A DNA stretch of 64,000 nt. Origin: Deltaproteobacteria bacterium. Lineage in GTDB: Bacteria > Myxococcota_A > Polyangia > Fen-1088. Under the pieces are notes generated by a model. The model saw only the letters and a list, made by a program, of their open reading frames with translations, had not been told where the DNA came from and searched no databases. Each line of letters starts with the position of its first letter. Within the stretch, counting starts at the first letter, position 1. Location of the stretch: contig JANRKS010000002.1 in assembly GCA_033763315.1 (NCBI GenBank), positions 288,001-352,000 on the forward strand, given 5' to 3'. Shown here in pieces: positions 45,920 through 56,086 of the stretch. The translations under genes were made by a program, and so were the position numbers.

Positions 45920-47686
45920 ATGCGGCGATTGGCTTATATCTGTGTTTTTCTCAGCGTGGTCGGTTTGGGTAGCCCAACCGACATGGCGAAGGCTGCCACC
46001 GAAGGGGCTGAGGCCTTGGTGGAGGAAGACTTCACGTTTACCTTCGACAAGGAGACAGCTGCTGGCGGATACACCGCGCTTGGCAATTCCGACGCCGTCT
46101 TGAACACGCACCTCAATCAATCGCGGTGTCTGTGTGAAGAGAAGTTCCGCATCAACGTGGTTCTGAGCTCGGCTGGCCAGGCGAAACTTGGAAATGACAC
46201 CGTCGTGGGCCAGGTGATGGTTGGCGCCGGGTGCGAAAAGGAAGGTTCGAAGTGCTCAAACGTGGCCGGCGAATTCAAGTTCACTCGCACGGCGGGAACG
46301 CTTACAGCCGAGACGGACGCCAAAAAGTTGTTCACCGCGGTTGCCGGCACGAAGCAGGCCTGCAGCGAAGTCGAAGGTACATTTACGTTTTGGCTGAAGC
46401 TGTTGAAGGACGGCAACACGTTGTCAGCGATGCCATCAAAATCGCTCGACTTTGACTCGAAACCGCCTGAACAACCTTCGATCAAAACCGTCACACCAAG
46501 CAATGGAGCGGCCCGTGTGGAGTGGAATGCGGGCGCAAGCGGATCTTTGGCTTACTATCAGGTCTTGTGTTCACCGAACCCCGCCGACACTTACAGCCCT
46601 GCGTTTACATACTGTCCGGCAGATGCGTCGCAGGCGCTTTATAAGGATCTCAAGTTCTGCAGTGAAAGAGTTTCATCAAGCGCCGCGGACCACCGGGTGC
46701 TGAACCTGGAGAACGAGAAGCTATATGCGCTTTCATTGGTGGCCATCGACAAGAGCGGCAACGTGAGCCCGGTGTCTGCAGACGTGCGGGTCACGCCCGC
46801 GCCTTCGACCAGTTTTCACGATCTATACAAAGAGAACGCGGGACAAGCGGAAGGCGGTTGCCAGATCGGGGCACGTGGTGGAGCGCCCAGCGTTGGGGCA
46901 CTGTGGTTTGCGATGATGGGTTTGTTTGCGGTGTTTCGGCCCTTGAGACGGCACCGAACGAAAGCCGCGCTCTTGCTCTTGGCTTTGGCTTACGGGTGGT
47001 CGCCGACGAACGCCCTGGCCGACACGTTGGGCATCATCGACCCGGCCCCTGCGCATGAACGAGACAAACTTGCGACGAGCGAACGCGGCTACAATCTGAA
47101 TTTGGGTGTTGGATTTTATCGACCGGACGTCGACAGCGAGTTCGGTGGCGACGGACCGTTCACGAAGATCTTTGGCAAAGATGATCATCCTTTGTGGCAA
47201 CTTAGGCTCGAACGCCTGCTGTGGCAGAAGATCGGCACGCTATCCGTGGGCCTGGGCGTCGGCTACTACGGCGTTTATGGCAAGGCGCTCACCAAAGATG
47301 GCGGGAAGAGCGCGGATGAAACGTCGCTGCAAGTTGTGCCCGTCACCGTGGATCTCGGCTACCAATACGATATGTGGGTGCGCCGCGGGTGGGGCTTGAT
47401 GCCGTTCGCTCGCGCTGGGCTCGATCGTGCATTCTGGTTCATGCGCGACGAAGATTCGATTGACGATAAAGGTGGCACAAACGGTTGGCATGCGGCCATC
47501 GGTTTGGCCTTTGCACTAGACGCATTGGATCCAGAATCTGCGCAGCAGTTGGACAGCGAGACAGGCGTCAATCACACGCTCGTCTACGTTGAATACCTTG
47601 TGCAGGATCTTTCAGGGCTGGGGAGCCGCCGACGACTGCAACTTTCCGATTCCATGCTTTCACTAGGCATTTCGCTGCAGATGTGA
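45920..47686 (+). CDS. Fn3 surface domain + internal MYXO-CTERM + second signal peptide + outer-membrane beta-barrel
   Basis: Fn3 (LENEKLYALSLVAIDKSGNVS), GGCQIG-TM-RRHR, AALLLLALAYG..ALA, then barrel strands ending LGISLQM. Confidence 0.75.
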   Translation: MRRLAYICVFLSVVGLGSPTDMAKAATEGAEALVEEDFTFTFDKETAAGGYTALGNSDAVLNTHLNQSRCLCEEKFRINVVLSSAGQAKLGNDTVVGQVMVGAGCEKEGSKCSNVAGEFKFTRTAGTLTAETDAKKLFTAVAGTKQACSEVEGTFTFWLKLLKDGNTLSAMPSKSLDFDSKPPEQPSIKTVTPSNGAARVEWNAGASGSLAYYQVLCSPNPADTYSPAFTYCPADASQALYKDLKFCSERVSSSAADHRVLNLENEKLYALSLVAIDKSGNVSPVSADVRVTPAPSTSFHDLYKENAGQAEGGCQIGARGGAPSVGALWFAMMGLFAVFRPLRRHRTKAALLLLALAYGWSPTNALADTLGIIDPAPAHERDKLATSERGYNLNLGVGFYRPDVDSEFGGDGPFTKIFGKDDHPLWQLRLERLLWQKIGTLSVGLGVGYYGVYGKALTKDGGKSADETSLQVVPVTVDLGYQYDMWVRRGWGLMPFARAGLDRAFWFMRDEDSIDDKGGTNGWHAAIGLAFALDALDPESAQQLDSETGVNHTLVYVEYLVQDLSGLGSRRRLQLSDSMLSLGISLQM

Positions 47687-47789
47687 AAAGCAGCAGGATG
47701 TAAAGAAGGCATCGCCAGTCGCCTTTCCGTTGACCCTCCAGGGTTCAAAACTATACTTGGGAGTCCAGCTTTGCTTGGATGCCCACCGA

Positions 47790-49082
47790 ATGCAGTTCTT
47801 CGCCGCGCGCCCTAAGACCCTTTGTATTGTCCTGGTTCTGGCGTGGGCGGCGAACCCACGGACGTCTTGGGCGCGAAAGATTGGCATCGGCGTGACTGAG
47901 TGTGGTGGATGCCACGAAGGTGGAAACAAAGCCACCGTAACGTTGACACCAACGAATACCAAACCAGCCTTGGGAGACACGGTTCGTTTTAATGTCTCCA
48001 TCGAGGCACCCAACGTCAAGGGCGGTGGCATGTACTTGGAAGCCTTGTCCACGGAGCTTGAGCCCAAGCCGCTCGGCACGTTGACCTTGGTGGCCGGGCA
48101 GGGGTTGCGAACGGAGGGTCAAGGCGTGACCCACACCATGCCGAAGCTTGCCGTGGGCGGGAAGGTCACGTTTGCCGTTGATTGGAAGGCGCCAGCGTCT
48201 AAGGCGGGCGCGGTGATCAACGTTTCTGGCATCGCCGCAAATCTAAGCGACACTGACGTCGGAGACGCCTTCGGCAAAGCCAGCGCGACACTTGCCGTGG
48301 GCTGCGACGGCGGTACGGACCATTGGGTTGATTTTGACGGCGATGGATTCGGGTCAAATGACGCGGCACCGGTCAAAGCGTGTGCTCCCGGCCCGGGCCT
48401 CGCGGCGAAAAAAGGTGATTGCAACGACACCGAAAAGAACGTTTATCCAGGCGTTTCAGAATCGTGCAACAACGTGGATGACAACTGCGATGGCTCCACC
48501 GACGAGGGGTTTCCGCAGATGGCGCTTTATACCGACGTTGACGGTGATGGCTTCGGTGCAGGCACGGAGATGAAGATGGGCTGTGGGGCCACGTTTGGTT
48601 GGGGGATCGGCAACAAAGACTGCAACGACAGCGTCAAGGCCATCAATCCGGGCGCGATGGAGATGTGCAACGGCAAGGATGATGATTGCAACGGCCGGAT
48701 TGACAACGGCGTTCTGCCCACCTGTGGCAAGGGTTTGTGCCTCCGAGAAGCGCCCAGCTGTGACAGCGCAAACTTGTGCAAGCCGGGCGCTCCGAAAGCA
48801 GAAAAGTGCAACCTGCTCGACGATGACTGTGACGGCGAGGTGGACAACGGCGCCGACATCTGCGGCGCGGGGCAAGCTTGTGTCGAAGGCAAATGTTCGG
48901 ACAGTGGCTCTGGTGGCGCGGGCGGCGAAGGCGATTCAGGTGGCGCTGGTGGTGGCTCGAACGACAACAACAATGATGGTGGCGGCGGCTGTCAAATCGG
49001 AACCGGTGGCACACCCCCTGCCGCTGTGTTGTTCACCTTGGCGTTGGGCGCTTTCATTATCGGTCGCCGCCGCAGGCGCTGA
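47790..49082 (+). CDS. MYXO-CTERM surface protein: CxxCH/Reeler-like domain + MopE-related metal-binding repeats
   Basis: CGGCH; DxDGDGFG...DCND...PG..E.CN..DDNCDG repeats; tail GGCQIG-TM-RRRRR. Confidence 0.85.
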   Translation: MQFFAARPKTLCIVLVLAWAANPRTSWARKIGIGVTECGGCHEGGNKATVTLTPTNTKPALGDTVRFNVSIEAPNVKGGGMYLEALSTELEPKPLGTLTLVAGQGLRTEGQGVTHTMPKLAVGGKVTFAVDWKAPASKAGAVINVSGIAANLSDTDVGDAFGKASATLAVGCDGGTDHWVDFDGDGFGSNDAAPVKACAPGPGLAAKKGDCNDTEKNVYPGVSESCNNVDDNCDGSTDEGFPQMALYTDVDGDGFGAGTEMKMGCGATFGWGIGNKDCNDSVKAINPGAMEMCNGKDDDCNGRIDNGVLPTCGKGLCLREAPSCDSANLCKPGAPKAEKCNLLDDDCDGEVDNGADICGAGQACVEGKCSDSGSGGAGGEGDSGGAGGGSNDNNNDGGGGCQIGTGGTPPAAVLFTLALGAFIIGRRRRR

Positions 49083-49132
49083 CGCCCGAGGCGCGGACGA
49101 AGGCAAACGCTGCATTTGTGCCGCGTTTGCGC

Positions 49133-50419
49133 TTAGGGGAAGATGCCGCGATCGATGTACGTTTTCGCCACGCGATCCAAGGCGATGCAGAACGCGGCCG
49201 TGCGCCAATCGCACTTGTGGTGGGCCGCGTAGTCCATCACGCTGGCATACGTGCGCTTCATGCGCTTGGCCAAGCGATCTTCCACGTCTTCAACATCCCA
49301 GATCTCGGAGCGCTTGTTTTGCAGCCACTCGTAGTAGCTGACGGCCACGCCGCCTGAGTTTGCGAGGATATCAGGAATCACGTCGATGCCTCGATCGGCC
49401 AAGATGGCGTCGGCGTCGTTGTCGGTGGGGCCATTCGCCGCTTCAACAATCATCTTGCATCGAGCCGCGCGCGCTTCTTTCTCGCCAATCTCAAGCTCAA
49501 GCGCCGCGGGCACAAGAATGTCGGTTTGCAGGGCGAAAAATTCATCGCGCGATATTGGCTGGCTGCCCGGGTACTCCGCAACGGTGCCGGTCTTTGCGAT
49601 GTATTCAGAAAGCTTGAAGGGGTTGATGCCTTCGCCGTTGTGAATGTAGCCCTTCCAGTCGCCGACCGCGATCATGGACGCCCCGGTGCGCGCCAGGATC
49701 TTCGCCGTGTTCGAACCCACATTGCCGAAACCTTGCACGGCGTATGTGGCTCCGTTGAGGTCAAAGCGCTTCTCGCGCGCCCACTCGGTGATGCAATGAA
49801 CCACACCTTGTCCTGTGGCGGAGGCGCGGCCGTGCGAGCCGCCACACGCCAAGGGCTTGCCGGTGACCACGCCGCGGTTGGCTTGCCGGTTGCCGGCGGC
49901 GGTGAAGCTCACGAACGTGTCCATCATCCACGCCATGGTTTGCGCGTTGGTGCCCACGTCGGGGGCGGGGATGTCGTGCTCAGGCCCGATGTTGTTGCCC
50001 AGCTCAAACGTGAACCGTCGGGTGATGCGCTCAAGCTCGGATTGAGAATGCGAGCTGGGGCTGAATTTGATGCCGCCTTTGGCGCCGCCAAACGGTATCT
50101 CGTGCAGCGCGCACTTATAGGTCATCCACGAGGCCAGGGCCTTGATTTCGTCGAGTGAAACCTCGTGGTGGTAACGAATGCCGCCTTTATAAGGGCCAAT
50201 GGCGTTGTTGTGCTGAACCCGGTAGCCCTTGAACAACTGATAACTGCCGTCGTCCATGCGGACGGGGAAGTTCACAATTAGTTCGTTCTTGGGTTGCGAA
50301 AGAATCAGCCTGATTTCGTCGGCCAAACCTGACAAAGTGGCCGCTTTCTCAAACTGAACCTTCGCCACGGCGTAGGGATTCGGCTTAAGCGTCTTTGCAC
50401 CCGTGCCCGTTTCGCTCAT
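49133..50419 (-). CDS. gdhA: Glu/Leu/Phe/Val dehydrogenase (glutamate dehydrogenase)
   Basis: GPYKGGIRYH, MTYKC, GGAKGG, PAPDVGT, QGFGNVG, EAANGP. Confidence 0.92.
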   Translation of the reverse strand: MSETGTGAKTLKPNPYAVAKVQFEKAATLSGLADEIRLILSQPKNELIVNFPVRMDDGSYQLFKGYRVQHNNAIGPYKGGIRYHHEVSLDEIKALASWMTYKCALHEIPFGGAKGGIKFSPSSHSQSELERITRRFTFELGNNIGPEHDIPAPDVGTNAQTMAWMMDTFVSFTAAGNRQANRGVVTGKPLACGGSHGRASATGQGVVHCITEWAREKRFDLNGATYAVQGFGNVGSNTAKILARTGASMIAVGDWKGYIHNGEGINPFKLSEYIAKTGTVAEYPGSQPISRDEFFALQTDILVPAALELEIGEKEARAARCKMIVEAANGPTDNDADAILADRGIDVIPDILANSGGVAVSYYEWLQNKRSEIWDVEDVEDRLAKRMKRTYASVMDYAAHHKCDWRTAAFCIALDRVAKTYIDRGIFP

Positions 50420-50447
50420 ATACCAAGATTACCATAGGACCCTCTTT

Positions 50448-51824
50448 ATGACATCTCGCAGCCACGACGCTCAGCCCGACATTGACTCCCCCTCGAAGCA
50501 CCGCTTGGCGGGCAACGCACGCGACTTGGCTTTGCAGGTGACGGCCGAGATCCGGGCCGAATGGTCGTATGCCACGGACATCATGAGCCGCGCGTTCCGC
50601 GTCCACCGGGGCCTCGCCAGCCGCGATCGCCGTTTGGTGGCCGAAACGGTTTACGGGTTGTTGCGCATGGATCGGCGGTTAGACGCGCAAGTGGATGAGC
50701 TGCCGCCGTTCAACCGTGGGCCAAAGCGCACCTTGACGCCCATGATGCGCGATCAAGCCAAGTTGCTGTTCTGGGAGCTTGGGCAGCAGATCATTTCTGC
50801 CGATACAGCGGCAGCCGAACTCAAACAAATTGTGGGCTATGGCGTGCCGGCAGAGCGCATTTGCGACGCCGATTTCGGCTTGGGAAAGAAACAAGGCTTA
50901 GAACGCGAGGCCATTCGCCATTCGTTTCCCACCTGGATGCTGGAACGCTTCGTTGAAGATCTCGGAGAGGCCGAGGCTCTAAAGCTGGCCGCTTCGATGA
51001 ACGAACGTGCGCCCTTGATGGTGATGACCAACACCCGCTTGATCACCCGCGAAGATCTCATCGCGCGTTTGGCGTTGGAAGGCGTGCAAGCGGAGCCCAC
51101 AGCCCTGGCGCCAACTGGGCTGCTATTTCGCACCCGCGTGAACGCTTTTGCTTTGCCTTCATTTCAAGAAGGTTTGTTCGAAGTGATGGACGAAGGCAGC
51201 CAGTTGGTCGCGGAAGCCGTGGCCCCGCCGCCCGGCGGCCGCGTGGTGGACGCTTGCGCGGGCGCGGGTGGCAAGACGTTGGCGCTGGGCGCCCTCATGC
51301 AGGGCAAGGGCCGTTTGTTTGCGATGGACGTGGCGGGCAAAAAGCTCGAAGAGCTGCGCCGCCGCGCACGCCGCGCGGGGCTCTCGAATGTGGCCGCGCG
51401 GGCCGTGGAGGGCGTGCAATTGCCACCTGAGGCCCGCGCCGAAGCGTGGGATCGGGTGCTGGTGGATGCGCCTTGCTCAGGGTTAGGCACGCTTCGCCGC
51501 AACCCCGAAGCGCGATGGCGTCTGACCCCATCGGACGTGGCTCGCTTTCCCAGCCTGCAGCTTTCGCTGTTGGTGGCTTACGCCCCTTTGGTGGCTGTGG
51601 GAGGTAGGTTGATCTTTGCGACGTGCACGGTGCTTCGCTCAGAGAACGAATTGGTGATCGAAGCGTTCTTGAAAGAGCGGCCAGAATTTGTGCCCGTGCC
51701 GCTTAAGGAAGTGATGGGCAAAGCGCGGGCGGAAACGTTGGGTGACGGCGACACGCTGCGCTTGTTCCCGCACCGCCAAGGCACCGATGGGTTCTTCACG
51801 GCCGTGATGCGCCGGGTGCGCTAG
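50448..51824 (+). CDS. RsmB/NOP-family RNA m5C methyltransferase
   Basis: DACAGAGGK, DAPCSGLG, TCT, TDGFF. Confidence 0.92.
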   Translation: MTSRSHDAQPDIDSPSKHRLAGNARDLALQVTAEIRAEWSYATDIMSRAFRVHRGLASRDRRLVAETVYGLLRMDRRLDAQVDELPPFNRGPKRTLTPMMRDQAKLLFWELGQQIISADTAAAELKQIVGYGVPAERICDADFGLGKKQGLEREAIRHSFPTWMLERFVEDLGEAEALKLAASMNERAPLMVMTNTRLITREDLIARLALEGVQAEPTALAPTGLLFRTRVNAFALPSFQEGLFEVMDEGSQLVAEAVAPPPGGRVVDACAGAGGKTLALGALMQGKGRLFAMDVAGKKLEELRRRARRAGLSNVAARAVEGVQLPPEARAEAWDRVLVDAPCSGLGTLRRNPEARWRLTPSDVARFPSLQLSLLVAYAPLVAVGGRLIFATCTVLRSENELVIEAFLKERPEFVPVPLKEVMGKARAETLGDGDTLRLFPHRQGTDGFFTAVMRRVR

Positions 51825-51841
51825 GGCTCGTGCACCGTTCG

Positions 51842-52453
51842 CTAGGGCGTATCGAACTGCACTTCAACGCCTACCAGGGCGTCCAAGCTGGCGAGCCCGC
51901 GCGACAACCCGGAGGCCTTCTCGTGGGATGCGAAGCCGACGGTGGTGCCAATCTCCAAACCGAAGCCGAGCCAATCGTATAGGTAATAGCGCCCTGAAAT
52001 TGAGCCGCGCACGCCCAGGCCCATCGCTGCGCTGTACTGGTCAGGAAACACAAACAAGAAGCCGCCAGCCAACGTACCCGTGAGGATCACAGGCACGTCC
52101 ATGCGCAACCGATACGAAAGGCCGCCCATCGTGTCGGCCATCTGCCCGCATGTGGCGCACGCCCGACCATCCACGGGCTTGTCCGAACCATCCACAAAAC
52201 CCACGTGCAAGTTGAGCCACAAACTGCCAACAAGTTCGTACTCAAAGGCGGCTTTCAGTTTCAGGCCGCCGATGCCGCCACCCGAAGCGGCATGAAAGCC
52301 ACCCGCCAGCTGCAGCGCGTTCGGCTTAAGGAACGGGTGTGGTCCGCGGAGCAAGCCCCCATCCGCCGGTCCGGTGGCTGCTGCGGCTGCACTCGAAAGC
52401 CCAAGCCATGCCAAGGCCGCGAAGGTAACAAAAGCCTGCGTGTAAGCGCGCAC
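51842..52453 (-). CDS. Small outer-membrane beta-barrel hypothetical protein
   Basis: Signal peptide and about 8 amphipathic strands. GTG start 6 nt after TATTCT. Confidence 0.65.
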   Translation of the reverse strand: MRAYTQAFVTFAALAWLGLSSAAAAATGPADGGLLRGPHPFLKPNALQLAGGFHAASGGGIGGLKLKAAFEYELVGSLWLNLHVGFVDGSDKPVDGRACATCGQMADTMGGLSYRLRMDVPVILTGTLAGGFLFVFPDQYSAAMGLGVRGSISGRYYLYDWLGFGLEIGTTVGFASHEKASGLSRGLASLDALVGVEVQFDTP

Positions 52454-52571
52454 GGGCGCAGAATAGCTGAAAGTCACCCAACGAGCGTATTTTGCGGCAG
52501 AATCGGCGCGCATGACTTCGCGTCGACAACGTGCCCATTCGAACACGTCCCGCCTTTGGGGGCGCAGGGCG

Positions 52572-52892
52572 ATGGTGGTTGCCATGTGTGCATCGTTTGT
52601 GGCCTGCAGCGCGCCTTACCGGGGAGCCAAATTCGTGGGTGGCGTGAGCGGTGTGTTGGCCGCGGCGGGAGGCACGGCGTGGGTGGTGGGAGAGAACACC
52701 GATTCGAGCGGACTCATTGTGCCCGGCGTGATCGCAACCATCATCGGTGCCGTGGGCATGGCGACAGCGGCGATGGTGGTGGCGGCGCAAAGCAGTTGCG
52801 CTGCCGACGCCGAATGCTTGGACGGCTATCAATGTCGCGAGTTACCGGCGCCTGCGGGGCAGGAGCCATACAGCCAATGCGTGCCCCGCTAG
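52572..52892 (+). CDS. Small lipoprotein with hydrophobic hairpin and Cys-rich tail
   Basis: FVAC lipobox; C..D.EC..G..C motif. Start may be 52512. Confidence 0.55.
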   Translation: MVVAMCASFVACSAPYRGAKFVGGVSGVLAAAGGTAWVVGENTDSSGLIVPGVIATIIGAVGMATAAMVVAAQSSCAADAECLDGYQCRELPAPAGQEPYSQCVPR

Positions 52893-52905
52893 CGCGGCCA
52901 CCGCT

Positions 52906-53787
52906 TCAATTTGCGCAGCTGGTGCGGCACTGCCCGAATGACATGTTCATGAACGAGAATGGGCAGCACACGGTTCCGCCTCGGCATTGCTCGGAGTTAG
53001 CACACAATACGGCCGTGTTTGGCGTGGCCTCACAGGCCAACGGTCCTAAACATACGCTCCTGACGCTCACCCCTGTGGCCTCGCCGCAGCACACCTGACC
53101 GCTGTCGCAGTCAGACCGCTCGTCACAATACAAAAAGCTGCTGGTACCGCACTCGGCGGCATTCTTTAAACAACGGAAGCCAGATTCGCGGCGGCAGCAG
53201 TACTCGCCCCTACCGCACACGTCGGTGCCACACTTGATGGCGTCTGGCGTTCCGGGCATTTCGATTGTGCCCATGGTTCCGCCCGTGCCTTGTGTGCCGC
53301 CTGTGGCCATCGCGCCGCCCGTGCCTGGTGTGCCGCCTGTGTTGGCCCCGCCTGTGCCGGACACCCCACCGGTCGTCATCGCACCGCCTGCATTCATGCC
53401 GCCCATGCCACCCGCCCCGCCTGTTGCGGGTGAGCCCCCTTTGCCAGCCGTGCCCGTCATCCCGCCCTTGCCGGGCGCACCTCCGGCCGCCGGGGGTGAG
53501 CCCCCTTTACCACCCGTGCCCGCAGGGGTGCCCCCCGCTCCGCCCGTTCCGCCCGTTCCCGCCATACCTGGGGTGCCGCCGCTGGCGTTGCCGATTATGC
53601 CACCGGTGCCATCTTCACCCTGGCCGTTGGCCGCGCCGGCATTCATGCCATCGCCGCCCGCCGGAGAGTCATCCTCCACGTTCGTTTCAAGACCGTCGCC
53701 TGAAACGCTACAAGCACCATTGGTTAAAGCGAACAAACCGGCCGTAAGGCCAAGCAGGGTCACCAACGAGACGTTTGCAAACTTCAT
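52906..53787 (-). CDS. Gly/Thr-linker lipoprotein with Cys-rich C-terminal repeats
   Basis: NGAC lipobox, GTGG repeats, three C....C..G..CC units. Confidence 0.8.
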   Translation of the reverse strand: MKFANVSLVTLLGLTAGLFALTNGACSVSGDGLETNVEDDSPAGGDGMNAGAANGQGEDGTGGIIGNASGGTPGMAGTGGTGGAGGTPAGTGGKGGSPPAAGGAPGKGGMTGTAGKGGSPATGGAGGMGGMNAGGAMTTGGVSGTGGANTGGTPGTGGAMATGGTQGTGGTMGTIEMPGTPDAIKCGTDVCGRGEYCCRRESGFRCLKNAAECGTSSFLYCDERSDCDSGQVCCGEATGVSVRSVCLGPLACEATPNTAVLCANSEQCRGGTVCCPFSFMNMSFGQCRTSCAN

Positions 53788-53939
53788 GAGGCACGTCTTT
53801 CGAAAACAAAGCCAAGGAGATCGGCGTAACCGCTCTTATCTATGTTAGTGCCGCCTGCACGCAGCGCCCTGCAATTTTTTTTGTCGTGGTTGCCACTTTG
53901 GTACCCCACTGTGGGCCTTTGACGTACGATTGATTGATC

Positions 53940-55265
53940 TCAACGCTTTAGAACGGGCGGCGTTGGCAACTCATCGTCCACTAAGTCGGCTTGCGGCGCC
54001 ATAAACGGCCAGGTCGAGCGCCGTTGCGTTGGCAGGCTGACCTCGGGCGCTGGCGTGTTTGGACCAAAGGGGAGCGTCTTATGACCCTTTTTCTTCGTGA
54101 GAAGCAGCGGTTTGCTTCCTTCGGGCGCAGTGGCCGTGGTGGGCGTAGGCGGCACGGCGGACGGCCGAGGGGCACTGGTTTGCGTGGGCAGCGGCGTGCT
54201 CACCGCGGGTGCGGGCCGCACGGTGGGCACCTTGGGCCGCAACAACGGGATGGGCCGCAGCAGCGCTTCGGCTTCGGGCGTGAATTCTTCAGGCACGGCG
54301 TTGCCCACACGTCGAAACCGGGTGCTGCCGTAACAGCGCTGCATGTCTGCGTAGAGTTCTTCCATCCGTTGATGACGTCGCTCAGGCGCCTTTTCGAGCG
54401 CTTTGAGGATCACGCGTTCAGCGTCAGGTGTGATCTCAACATGCGGGTTGCGGCGTCGAGGGGGCTCCGGCTCATCACGAACATGGGCGAGCATGATGGC
54501 GGCGGGATCTTCGCCATCAAAGGGCAGCGTGCCTGTGAGCGCCCGATAGAAGATCACGCCCAGGGCATAGATGTCCGAGCGTTGATCCGCCACGCCGATG
54601 CGTGCTGTTTCCGGCGCCATATATTGCGGGGTGGCGATGACCACGCCGTTATCGCTCGTGCGGCCATCAACAGCGCCCCAAAACATGGCGGCACCGAAAT
54701 CAAGCACCGTGGCGAAATCGAACTTCATCTCAGATTCGATCGTTTCCAGCGTGCCGTGGGCGTCGCGCGTGGTGCGCACCAGTTCGCGCCGTCCGGGGCG
54801 GCGTTCAATCATGATGTTTTCGGGCTTCAGATCGCGGTGAATCACACCGCGTGCATGCGCGGCCCCCAGCGCGCGCGCCACTTGCCCCAGCATCACCAAA
54901 ACGCGAAACAAGGGCAGGGGCCCCTCGCGTTGCATGAGGCGCTCCATGGGCTCGCCGTCCACGTGTGACATTACGAGGTAGACGGTGCCGTTTTCCGCCT
55001 CGCCGAAATCGGTGACGCCCACGATGTTCGGGTGATCCACCAAGCTTGCGGCGCGGGCTTCTTGCAAAAAGCGCTCACGTGCGCCTTTGTCGTGGAAGAA
55101 GCGGTTGTCGAGCACCTTTACCGCCACGCGCTTACGGATGTAGATGTGCTCGCCCTCGTACACCACACCCATGCCGCCGCGTCCGAGCAAACTCTTTAGA
55201 GCGTAGTTGCCAAGGCGGGTGCCAAGACGGGCGTCGGGATCTTCTTTGGGCGGCGGTGGCGACAA
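53940..55265 (-). CDS. Cytoplasmic Ser/Thr protein kinase
   Basis: [26 protein letters not shown]. No TM helix; TTG start uncertain. Confidence 0.92.
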   Translation of the reverse strand: MSPPPPKEDPDARLGTRLGNYALKSLLGRGGMGVVYEGEHIYIRKRVAVKVLDNRFFHDKGARERFLQEARAASLVDHPNIVGVTDFGEAENGTVYLVMSHVDGEPMERLMQREGPLPLFRVLVMLGQVARALGAAHARGVIHRDLKPENIMIERRPGRRELVRTTRDAHGTLETIESEMKFDFATVLDFGAAMFWGAVDGRTSDNGVVIATPQYMAPETARIGVADQRSDIYALGVIFYRALTGTLPFDGEDPAAIMLAHVRDEPEPPRRRNPHVEITPDAERVILKALEKAPERRHQRMEELYADMQRCYGSTRFRRVGNAVPEEFTPEAEALLRPIPLLRPKVPTVRPAPAVSTPLPTQTSAPRPSAVPPTPTTATAPEGSKPLLLTKKKGHKTLPFGPNTPAPEVSLPTQRRSTWPFMAPQADLVDDELPTPPVLKR

Positions 55266-55372
55266 ACTGTTTTATGGTTGCATGCCCCGGCGACGGCGAC
55301 AACCGCAGAACGTGTGGCGGCCCCCGGTTTCTCGGGTTGACATGGCAACGCCCTTCCTTGATTGTCCCGTGC

Positions 55373-56080
55373 ATGCGACCCGACGGGCGACTGCCAGACC
55401 AACTGCGCGACGTGCGCATCACCCCCGACGTGAACCGTTACGCAGAGGGCTCGGTGCTGATCGAGTTTGGGCACACAAAGGTTCACTGCACAGCCAGCCT
55501 GGAAAACCGCGTTCCACCTTTTCTTGAAGGCAAGAACACCGGTTGGGTCACCGCTGAGTATGCAATGTTGCCTCGGTCAACCCACTCTCGCTCGGGACGC
55601 AACCCCGGGGGGCGCGGCACTGAGATCCAGCGGCTGATTGGCCGCGCGCTGCGGGCTGCCGTCGATACGCGCGCCTTAGGGCCGCGCCAGATCACGATTG
55701 ACTGTGACGTCATTCAAGCCGATGGCGGCACAAGAACGGCCGCCATCACCGGGGGCTGGGTGGCTCTCGCCTTGGCCATCCGCCGCTTGCAGCAAAAAGA
55801 ATCTTTGAACAAGAACCCGGTCGTGCGTGCGATCGCCGCTGTTTCGACGGGCATCGTGGCAGGCGAAGCGCGCTTGGATTTGGCTTACGAAGAAGACTCC
55901 AAAGCGGACACAGATTTCAATTTTGTGATGACGGACGACGGTCGGTTCGTTGAGATCCAGGGCTCCGCGGAGGCTGAACCGTTTTCACAAGAAGAATACG
56001 AGAGGCTGTGCGGTTTGGCGCGCGCGGGATCGGCGCAGCTTTTCGCTTTGCAACAGCAGGCGTTGATCGCGGCGAGGTGA
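55373..56080 (+). CDS. rph: Ribonuclease PH
   Basis: [36 protein letters not shown]. Confidence 0.97.
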   Translation: MRPDGRLPDQLRDVRITPDVNRYAEGSVLIEFGHTKVHCTASLENRVPPFLEGKNTGWVTAEYAMLPRSTHSRSGRNPGGRGTEIQRLIGRALRAAVDTRALGPRQITIDCDVIQADGGTRTAAITGGWVALALAIRRLQQKESLNKNPVVRAIAAVSTGIVAGEARLDLAYEEDSKADTDFNFVMTDDGRFVEIQGSAEAEPFSQEEYERLCGLARAGSAQLFALQQQALIAAR

Positions 56081-56086
56081 CTGAGC

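Noticed and set aside
53270-53660. Repeated GCCCGTGCC-like units resembling an array
   Set aside because: They encode GTGG linker repeats in a lipoprotein. There is no fixed repeat-spacer period and no cas gene, so this is not CRISPR.
53840-53900. T-tract region upstream of the Cys-rich lipoprotein as a sigma54 promoter or third copy of the ECF motif
   Set aside because: It has neither a consensus-like TGG-N10-GC box nor the CGTCCAA/CGTT boxes. It may serve a different ECF but cannot be supported.
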